Source of the DNA: Bacteriovoracia bacterium
GTDB taxonomy: Bacteria > Bdellovibrionota > UBA1018 > JBFWNL01
Assembly: GCA_050251055.1 (NCBI GenBank)
Contig: JBFWNL010000003.1
Coordinates: 311,961-375,960, forward strand
Direction: 5' to 3'
Length of the DNA: 64,000 bases
Positions 57,050-64,000 of the stretch are shown piece after piece; position 1 is the stretch's first letter, and each line of letters opens with the position of its first letter. The translations under genes were made by a program, and so were the position numbers. Below the pieces are notes generated by a model that was not told the DNA's origin, did not search any database, and saw only the letters and a program-made list of their open reading frames with translations.

Positions 57050-58612
57050 ATGCTGTCGGTACTGATCACGGTCGCCTCCCTTTACTTTGCGTCCCCGGCC
57101 CGCGCGGTTACTCTCGTCTACAGTAACGACATCCAGGCCGAACTTGAACCCTGCGGCTGCCGCGGCAACCCCAAGGGAGGGCTGGTGAGAAAGCAGGGAC
57201 TACTGCTCAAGCAGACCGATCCCGATCTTCTACAAGTTGACGCCGGGGATTTTCTCTTTTCGATGGACAGCTACCCTCCGCTGCTCAGGGAACAGGCCAT
57301 CACCCAAGCGAAGTACCTGATTCGTGCCCATAACCAGTTAGGGCATAAAGTCGTGGTGCCTGGCGAGAAGGATTTCGCGTTGGGCGTGGACACCCTTATG
57401 AAGTTGAAGCAGCCGGCGAAGTTCGTATTCCTGGCCGCCAACATCAAACGGAAGGGCAAGCTGCTCCTGAAGGCGAGCCACCTTTTCAAATACCCTCAGC
57501 CGGACGGCCGCACGTTGCGCGTGCTCGTGATCGGCGCAGTGGGCGCTCAACTGGACTGGCCCAAGGAGCTCGAGGTCGGCTCCGCCGTGGCGGCCGTGAA
57601 GCGGGAAGTTTCCGCCCACCAGGGAAAGGCCGATCTTTTCATTGCCGTTACCCACCAAGGAGTCGACGAGGACGAGGTGCTCGCCCAAGCCGTGCCGGAG
57701 CTCGACGCGATCGTCGGCGGCCACACCCAGTCCTTCCTGCAAACCCCTAAGAAAGTGGGCAAAACGCTGATTCTGCAGTCCTCTTACCAGAATCAGTACA
57801 TCGGCTTGCTTCCCCTCACCCGTGCCCCGCTCAGCGACGAGAAACACCAGCTCACGAGCCTCGATGAGTCGCTCGATATCGCACCGGCCGTGCCGCCGGC
57901 AAACGATGCGGACGCGAAGAAGTTTCGCGAAATGGAAGCGTTGGTCAAAGAATTCAAAGAAGCCGTGGCCAAGCTCAACTCCAAGCAAACCCCGGGTCTG
58001 TCCGGTTCCACCGGCGGGAACCGGCCCAATCCGCACGCAGCCTACCAGACCTTCGTGCAATGCGCGGACTGCCACACGCACCAGTTCGACTTCTGGCGTA
58101 AAACCAAACACGCCGACGCGCTCACGCCGCTCGTAAACCAAAAGCAAATTCGCAATCTGGAATGCTTGGGGTGCCACACGCTGGCCTTGGGCCAGAAGCA
58201 CGGATTTCACAGTCTCGATCGCGTCGCCGAACGCAGTAACCCCAAGAACCTGGAAGAGCGCGAGCAGATTCCCATCGAGAAACTGGCGGTATACCTGCGT
58301 CGAATCCACGAGGCGCAAGCCATGGATACGAAGGTCAAAACGACGGACGAGGATCTGGAAGAGCTCCCCTTGGACGACTCGCTCTCGCGCTTCTCTAAGG
58401 TTTGGGCGCCGGTGCAATGCGAGAGCTGCCATGGCCCCGCGGGATCCCATCCCGTTAGCGGCGCCTACGGAAAGTCGGTGGCAAACGATCGCTGCCTTAC
58501 TTGCCACACCTCTACGCGCGCCCCGCAGTGGTGGAAGGGCGGCAAACCGGATCTCGAGGTGATCGCGCAAAAACGGAAGCTCGTCAGCTGTCCCGCGGAC
58601 CCGAAGCCATGA
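57050..58612 (+). CDS. UshA-like metallophosphoesterase domain fused to a tetraheme c554-like cytochrome domain
   Basis: Signal peptide; YSND, EPCGC...GG..R, VDAGD, PGEKD, THQG, GGHT; CADCH, CLGCH, CESCH, CLTCH. Confidence 0.82.
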   Translation: MLSVLITVASLYFASPARAVTLVYSNDIQAELEPCGCRGNPKGGLVRKQGLLLKQTDPDLLQVDAGDFLFSMDSYPPLLREQAITQAKYLIRAHNQLGHKVVVPGEKDFALGVDTLMKLKQPAKFVFLAANIKRKGKLLLKASHLFKYPQPDGRTLRVLVIGAVGAQLDWPKELEVGSAVAAVKREVSAHQGKADLFIAVTHQGVDEDEVLAQAVPELDAIVGGHTQSFLQTPKKVGKTLILQSSYQNQYIGLLPLTRAPLSDEKHQLTSLDESLDIAPAVPPANDADAKKFREMEALVKEFKEAVAKLNSKQTPGLSGSTGGNRPNPHAAYQTFVQCADCHTHQFDFWRKTKHADALTPLVNQKQIRNLECLGCHTLALGQKHGFHSLDRVAERSNPKNLEEREQIPIEKLAVYLRRIHEAQAMDTKVKTTDEDLEELPLDDSLSRFSKVWAPVQCESCHGPAGSHPVSGAYGKSVANDRCLTCHTSTRAPQWWKGGKPDLEVIAQKRKLVSCPADPKP

Positions 58613-59673
58613 GTGAGGGCGCGCGCTTAATCCTGGGTATCGAGACCTCCTGCGACGAATGCAGCGCTTCGGTCGTAGAACGGAACGGCAATGGAGAATT
58701 GCGCGCGCTCAGCGTATCGACTTTTTCCCAGATCGCCATTCACCAACCTTATGGCGGCGTAGTCCCAGAAATCGCGTCGAGGAATCACTTGGAGACCGTA
58801 AACGCGATGGTCGACGACGCCTTACGGGACTCCGGAAAAAATTGGGCGGAGCTCGACGCGCTCGCGGTAACGAACCGCCCGGGGCTCGTAGGGGCGCTCC
58901 TCGTCGGCGTGAGCGCGGCCAAGGCGCTCGCGTACGTGCACGAAAAACCGCTGATCGCCGTGCATCATTTGGAAGGACATTTGGCGAGCCTGTTTCTAGA
59001 TCAGCCGGAAGCTTCGCAGATCGAGTACCCGCTCCTACTCGCGCTGGTTTCCGGTGGGCACACCAACCTTTACGTCATTCCCGGCCCCCCGGATACCTGG
59101 GGACCGGACTTGCTCGCGCAAGCCCAGGTCGGACGCTCGCGCGACGACGCCGCCGGCGAAGCCTTCGACAAGACGGCCAAGCTCATGGGATTTCCCTACC
59201 CCGGGGGGATTTGGATCGACCGACGCTCGCAGGGCGGCGACCCGAAGCGCTACGCGTTTCCCCGCGCGCTTCCCGAGAAAAAGGTCCTCGATTTTTCTTT
59301 CAGCGGACTCAAGACCGCGGTCGCGCTCGAAATACAAAAACTCCAAAAGAAAGACATGCTCGACGCCGAGATCCCGCACCTATGTGCTTCCATCCAAGAG
59401 GCCATCATCGACGCGCTCATGGGAAAGATAGAGCTGGCAGCGGCGAAGCACCGTTGCCGTAGCCTAGCCTTCGTCGGCGGCGTGGCGGCGAACTCGCGCC
59501 TGCGCGCGCGGCTTGCGGAAAACCGCCGCCCTTGTTTCTTTCCGAAATCGCAATACTGCACCGACAACGCCGCCATGATCGCGGCCGCCGGTGCGTTTCA
59601 ATTTCAACAAGGGCGAATCCTCTCTCGGCAGCAGATGCTGACATTGAACGCGGTGGCCAATCCAAGTATATGA
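58609..59673 (+). CDS. tsaD: tRNA N6-threonylcarbamoyladenosine transferase TsaD
   Basis: ILGIETSCDE, GGVVPEIASRNH, HHLEGH, SGGHT, DDAAGEAFDK, FSFSGLKT, TDNAAMI. Confidence 0.98.
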   Translation: MSEGARLILGIETSCDECSASVVERNGNGELRALSVSTFSQIAIHQPYGGVVPEIASRNHLETVNAMVDDALRDSGKNWAELDALAVTNRPGLVGALLVGVSAAKALAYVHEKPLIAVHHLEGHLASLFLDQPEASQIEYPLLLALVSGGHTNLYVIPGPPDTWGPDLLAQAQVGRSRDDAAGEAFDKTAKLMGFPYPGGIWIDRRSQGGDPKRYAFPRALPEKKVLDFSFSGLKTAVALEIQKLQKKDMLDAEIPHLCASIQEAIIDALMGKIELAAAKHRCRSLAFVGGVAANSRLRARLAENRRPCFFPKSQYCTDNAAMIAAAGAFQFQQGRILSRQQMLTLNAVANPSI

Positions 59674-60503
59674 TTAGAAATCGACGCCAAGCCCTCGGCC
59701 AGCACTTCCTGCGCGACGGCGCCATCATCGATAAAATCGTACAAAACTCTCTGCGCGAAGCCGCGCGCCTGGGCTGCGCCTCGATCGTGGAAATCGGTTG
59801 CGGTGACGGCGCATTGAGCGTGCCACTCGCCGCGCAGAAACCCGACTCGCTCGACTACAGAATCGTCGAGACCGACGAACGCCTGGCGATCCGCATGCGC
59901 GACAAGGTGGGCACGCGCGCGAAGGTGATCCACGAGGATTTTCTGGAGCTAGCCGCGGACAGCTGGCTGAATCCGCTCCCCGTCTACGTGGTTTCCAACC
60001 TTCCTTATTCGGCGGCTACCGCCATTTTGCAAAAACTGGCAAACACCCCGCCGGGCACGGTACCGGGTATGACCTTGATGTTCCAAGCGGAGGTAGCGCG
60101 CAAGCTCTACGTACCCGCCGAAAAGAAGGACATGTCGAGCTTGGGCCTTTGGCTGCAAAACCATTGGGACGTGACGAAACTGTGCTCGGCTCCGCCCCGC
60201 GCATTCAAGCCGCCCCCCAAGGTCCAGTCCGAAGTCGTGCAACTTGTTCGCCGCCCGGAACCCCTCCTATCCACCACGCTTCGGGCGCCCGAGCTTTGGC
60301 AAACGCTCCTGAAAGTCTGCTTCGCCCATAAGCGCAAGATGTTGCGCGTATGCATGCGGGTGTCCCCCAAGTGGCAAAACACCTTGGAGCTGTCCCAAGT
60401 CGATGGTACTAAACGGGCCGAAGCGCTGAATTGGGACGAATGGCGGAAGTTACTAGACGCAGCGCTTCAAATCTCCGAATCACGTTCTGCCGGATCGAAT
60501 TAA
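59670..60503 (+). CDS. rsmA: 16S rRNA dimethyltransferase RsmA/KsgA
   Basis: LGQHFL, EIGCG.G, SNLPY, MFQ.EVA, F.PPPKV.S, F.HKRK. Confidence 0.95.
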   Translation: MIRNRRQALGQHFLRDGAIIDKIVQNSLREAARLGCASIVEIGCGDGALSVPLAAQKPDSLDYRIVETDERLAIRMRDKVGTRAKVIHEDFLELAADSWLNPLPVYVVSNLPYSAATAILQKLANTPPGTVPGMTLMFQAEVARKLYVPAEKKDMSSLGLWLQNHWDVTKLCSAPPRAFKPPPKVQSEVVQLVRRPEPLLSTTLRAPELWQTLLKVCFAHKRKMLRVCMRVSPKWQNTLELSQVDGTKRAEALNWDEWRKLLDAALQISESRSAGSN

Positions 60504-60505
60504 AT

Positions 60506-61168
60506 ATGTTGAATACAAAAAGCCCTGGGCTTCCTAACTTGCCCAACTTAAAAGAGCTCCTCCAAAAGAACTTCTTCACGGGCCTGCTCGTGCTGGCCCC
60601 GATCGTCGTCATCTTTTGGATCGCCCGCGCTTTCCTGGGACTCCTTTGGGATTTGTTCGGAGCACTCCCACTCTTCGGCCTGATCTCCGTCGACGGGGAA
60701 ACAGCGATCATCATCAAAGCCGCGGCTTTTCTGGGCACGCTCGCCATCTTGGCGGTGCTGACCTCCGTCTTGGGTTGGTTCTCCAAGCAGTACCTGGGCC
60801 AGCAGATGCTCGAAATCATCCGCGTGCTCGTGCAAAAAATTCCGATCCTGGGAACCATCTACAGCTCGCTCGACCAGCTTTTGAAGACGCTCGCTCCCGG
60901 TGGCGGTGGCCAGCAATTCAGCCGCGTAGTTTACATCGAGTATCCCCGCAAGGATTGCTGGGCGGTGGCCTTCGTCACGGGCGCGGCCAAGGGACGCAAC
61001 CTCCCGCCAGCCCCAGCCGGCATGCTTAATTGTTTCGTCCCCACCGTGCCTAACCCGACTTCCGGGTTTCACCTGATCGTGCCCGAAGCGGACGTACGCG
61101 AGAGCAAGCTCACAGTCGAGGAAGCCTTCAAGACCATTCTCTCGCTGGGGATCGCGCAGGTTAAATAG
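60506..61168 (+). CDS. DUF502 membrane protein
   Basis: FFTGLLV.AP, IP...IY, IEYPR, FVPT.PNPTSGF, EEAFK.I.S.G. Confidence 0.92.
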   Translation: MLNTKSPGLPNLPNLKELLQKNFFTGLLVLAPIVVIFWIARAFLGLLWDLFGALPLFGLISVDGETAIIIKAAAFLGTLAILAVLTSVLGWFSKQYLGQQMLEIIRVLVQKIPILGTIYSSLDQLLKTLAPGGGGQQFSRVVYIEYPRKDCWAVAFVTGAAKGRNLPPAPAGMLNCFVPTVPNPTSGFHLIVPEADVRESKLTVEEAFKTILSLGIAQVK

Positions 61169-61170
61169 CG

Positions 61171-61674
61171 ATGGCATCCGACAAAAGCGGCAAACCCGCC
61201 GGGGGCGGCGAAAAACTGATCGCCAGTAACCCCAACCGCGGGAACTTCATCATCCACGAGGTCGTCGAAGCCGGCATGGTATTGATGGGGACGGAAGCCA
61301 AGAGCCTGCGGCTGCAGTCTCCCAATATTCGTGATGCTTTCATCGATATCGGGCGCAAAGGCGGGTCGCTCGAAGCCTGGCTGGTGAACATGCACATTGC
61401 GCCTTACTCGCATGGCAACATCTGGAATCACGAACCGCTCCGCCGCCGAAAGTTGCTCCTCCACCGCCATCAAATCGAAAAGCTGTTTGGGGCGATCACG
61501 CAAGAAGGCATGACCCTCATTCCCACGCGCCTCTATTTCAAGAAGGGCCGCGTGAAGGCCGAGGTCGCCATCGCCAAAGGGAAAAAGGCGCACGACAAGC
61601 GAGACACCCTGAAGAAAAAATCGGCCGATCGCGAGATGAAGCAGGCCATGAAAAAGGCGCAACGCCGCGGATAG
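61171..61674 (+). CDS. smpB: SsrA-binding protein SmpB
   Basis: EAG.VL.GTEAKSLR, NHEPLR.RKLLLH, AKGKKAHDKR. Confidence 0.97.
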   Translation: MASDKSGKPAGGGEKLIASNPNRGNFIIHEVVEAGMVLMGTEAKSLRLQSPNIRDAFIDIGRKGGSLEAWLVNMHIAPYSHGNIWNHEPLRRRKLLLHRHQIEKLFGAITQEGMTLIPTRLYFKKGRVKAEVAIAKGKKAHDKRDTLKKKSADREMKQAMKKAQRRG

Positions 61675-61756
61675 CGGACTTCAATTTTCCGACTATTTAG
61701 ATCGGTTTATTAGGAGTAAAGTTGCAACTTCCACCCCCCCGCGCTAATCGAGGGAC

Positions 61757-63607
61757 ATGGCACTCATCGTAGAAAAAACCGTATCGGCCGTCTTCCTGAA
61801 GCGCGCTCAATCCACGCCCAATACCCTAGGATTTCGCTACAAGCCCGGTACGACCTGGCAAGACGTCACTTACGGCGAATTTTACACCGAGGCCAAGCAA
61901 GTTTCCTTTGGCCTGATGGCCCTCGGAATCCAGGCCCAGGACAAAGTCGTCATCCTCTCCGGCACCCGCTTCGAGTGGAGCATCTGCGACATGGCGATCT
62001 TGGGCGCCGGCGCGATCACGGTGCCGATCTACCCCTCCAGCACGCCGGCGGATATTGAATACATCGTGCGCGACAGCGAAGCGAAGCTGCTGATTTTGGA
62101 GAACGCCGCGCAGTTCGAAAAGATCACGCAGCTACTGAAAAAAGACGCGCAGGCCTTAAGCCAGGTGAAAAAGATTGTCGTCATCGAAAAGGCGGCGCTC
62201 GCGTCGGCCGAGTCCGGCCTGATGGATTCTTCGTTAGGCGCGCTCGCCACGCCAATGAGCCTGGCCGAGCTCCGGGAGTTCGCGCGCGCGCAGATGGCGA
62301 AAACGCCCGAGGCCTTCGACCAAAACCTGCGCGCGGCCAAGCCCACCGACTTGATCACGATTTGCTATACGTCCGGCACCACCGGGCTTCCCAAGGGGGC
62401 GATGATCACCCAAGACAATATGGTGAGCGTGGTGGAAGACGTCGCCGCCGGCATCGCCAACTACATCACGCCGGAAAAAGAAGTGATCCTGTCCTTCCTT
62501 CCCTTCTCGCACATCCTGGGCAAGGTCGAGTCGATGATGACTTACTCCCTGGGTTGGACCCAGTGTTTCGCAGAAAGCATGGATAAGATCCCCGCCAACA
62601 TGGTGGAGATTCAACCCACGCTCATGATCGCGGTACCGCGCATTTTTGAAAAGGCTTACACGAAGATCTTGTCGATGATCGACGAGAACGGAGGCATCAA
62701 GAAAAAACTCTTTTACTGGGCCCTGCGCGTGGGTGAGGAATGCGTGTTCCCGAAGCATGGCGCGCCCTCCGCCCTTACGCGCGCGCAGTACCGGCTCGCG
62801 AACCAGCTCGTGTTCTCCAAGATCCGCGCCCGGTTTGGCGGACAATTGCGCTTCTGCATCAGCGGCGGTGCGCCGTTGCCCCCGGATATCGGCCGCTTCT
62901 TTTTGATCGCGGGCATCTCGATCCTGGAAGGCTACGGACTGACAGAAACCACGGGTCCCGTGGCCGTGAACATCCCCGACAGCATCCGCTTCGGCACCGT
63001 GGGACGGCCCATGCAGGATGTTTCCGTACGCATCGCCGAGGAAGATGGAGAAATCCTGCTCAAGTCCCGAAAAATCTTCACCGGCTATTTCAAGAAACCC
63101 GCCGAAACCTCCCAGGCATTGCAAAACGGCTGGTTTCACACCGGCGACATCGGCTACGTGGACCAGGAAGGCTATATTCGCATCACCGATCGCAAGAAGG
63201 ACCTGATCGTGACGAGCGCGGGCAAGAACGTCGCGCCCCAGAAGATCGAGAACATCGCCAAGACTCACAAAATCATCAACCAGTTCGTGGTCTACGGCGA
63301 CAAGCGCAATTATCTCACCGCCCTCGTCACCCTAGAGCGCGACGAGATCATCAAATACGCCCATGAGCACCACATCCTGTTCACTGATTATTCGGACCTC
63401 ATCCGCCACGAAAAGATCCAGGCCCTGGTCCAGCGGATCGTGGACGAGGTGAACGACCAGCTGGCCAGCTATGAGAGCATCAAGAAGTTCACGATTCTGC
63501 CCCGCGAATTCACCGTCGAATCCGGCGAGATCACCCCGTCCCTGAAGGTGAAACGCAAGGAAATCACCCAGAAATACGCGGCCGAGCTAAACAACATGTA
63601 CGCCTAG
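61757..63607 (+). CDS. Long-chain fatty acid-CoA ligase (AMP-binding)
   Basis: YTSGTTGLPKG, FLPFSH, EGYGLTET, FHTGDIG, ITDRKKD, TPSLKVKR. Confidence 0.94.
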   Translation: MALIVEKTVSAVFLKRAQSTPNTLGFRYKPGTTWQDVTYGEFYTEAKQVSFGLMALGIQAQDKVVILSGTRFEWSICDMAILGAGAITVPIYPSSTPADIEYIVRDSEAKLLILENAAQFEKITQLLKKDAQALSQVKKIVVIEKAALASAESGLMDSSLGALATPMSLAELREFARAQMAKTPEAFDQNLRAAKPTDLITICYTSGTTGLPKGAMITQDNMVSVVEDVAAGIANYITPEKEVILSFLPFSHILGKVESMMTYSLGWTQCFAESMDKIPANMVEIQPTLMIAVPRIFEKAYTKILSMIDENGGIKKKLFYWALRVGEECVFPKHGAPSALTRAQYRLANQLVFSKIRARFGGQLRFCISGGAPLPPDIGRFFLIAGISILEGYGLTETTGPVAVNIPDSIRFGTVGRPMQDVSVRIAEEDGEILLKSRKIFTGYFKKPAETSQALQNGWFHTGDIGYVDQEGYIRITDRKKDLIVTSAGKNVAPQKIENIAKTHKIINQFVVYGDKRNYLTALVTLERDEIIKYAHEHHILFTDYSDLIRHEKIQALVQRIVDEVNDQLASYESIKKFTILPREFTVESGEITPSLKVKRKEITQKYAAELNNMYA

Positions 63608-63751
63608 ATAAATAGGCCAGCTTCACTTGGCTTTAGTTGATTTAAAAAGTCAGAATCTTAGAGGCTTTTACTAGGAACCCTTGACGAAGCGTTCCCGGCT
63701 GCGATACACCCGGCCTACAAAATAACTCATTGAATTCTAAGGAGTCCGCTC

Positions 63752-63985
63752 ATGGCGAGAATTACGGTTGAGGACTGCCTCCGCAACGTCGGCAATATGT
63801 ACGACTTGGTTTTGGTGGCAACTACGCGAGTCAGACAGCTTTACAAAGGTGCCGAACCCACCGTGAAGAGCAAGAACCGCGTAATCGTGACGGCGCTGCG
63901 AGAAATCGCCGCCGGAAAAGTAAACACGCCGCGGGCGCGCGCCACCGAAGAAGGCGGCACGACTTCGGGCACCATGCCTAACTAG
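63752..63985 (+). CDS. rpoZ: RNA polymerase omega subunit
   Basis: [10 protein letters not shown]...LVLVA..RVRQL..G...ALREIAAG; AAGGAG RBS; TTGACG at 63681. Confidence 0.96.
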   Translation: MARITVEDCLRNVGNMYDLVLVATTRVRQLYKGAEPTVKSKNRVIVTALREIAAGKVNTPRARATEEGGTTSGTMPN

Positions 63986-64000
63986 TGGCGCCCAATTCAT

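Noticed and set aside
57140-57175. Selenocysteine in the UshA-like CGC motif
   Set aside because: Both codons are TGC (Cys); there is no in-frame TGA.
61675-61756. tmRNA next to smpB
   Set aside because: The gap is only about 80 bp and has no tRNA-like ends.

Overview
A 64-kb chromosomal segment of a GC-rich (roughly 60% by eye) Gram-negative bacterium. Gene content suggests Bdellovibrionota/Oligoflexia or a related delta-proteobacterial lineage (inference: TIGR04552/TIGR04562-like protein, delta-60 repeat protein, many orphan secreted proteins). A housekeeping backbone (clpP-clpX-lon, dusB, pepP, greA-recG, pgpA-cinA-recA, alaS, ssb, pal-cpoB-tsaD-rsmA-smpB, rpoZ) is interspersed with single secreted or accessory genes. 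No tRNA, rRNA, CRISPR array, transposase or prophage was seen. Best leads: (1) a tightly coupled three-gene operon joining a divergent RelA/SpoT-synthetase-like protein to a degenerate flavoprotein and a flavin/4Fe-4S/2Fe-2S/BFD fusion; (2) a stand-alone, probably sigma-54-driven structured RNA of about 210 nt after alaS with a C-rich anti-SD-like loop; (3) a 128-bp, about 9% GC island bounded by a perfect 13-bp inverted repeat beside a secreted HSS...SGHY toxin-like gene; (4) a NIS-synthetase-like protein with a signal peptide; (5) two sigma-54-linked GH43-like paralogs and a beta-helix protein with a planctomycete-type dockerin; (6) recurrent leaderless promoter architecture. All calls come from motif recognition by eye; no database searches were run.
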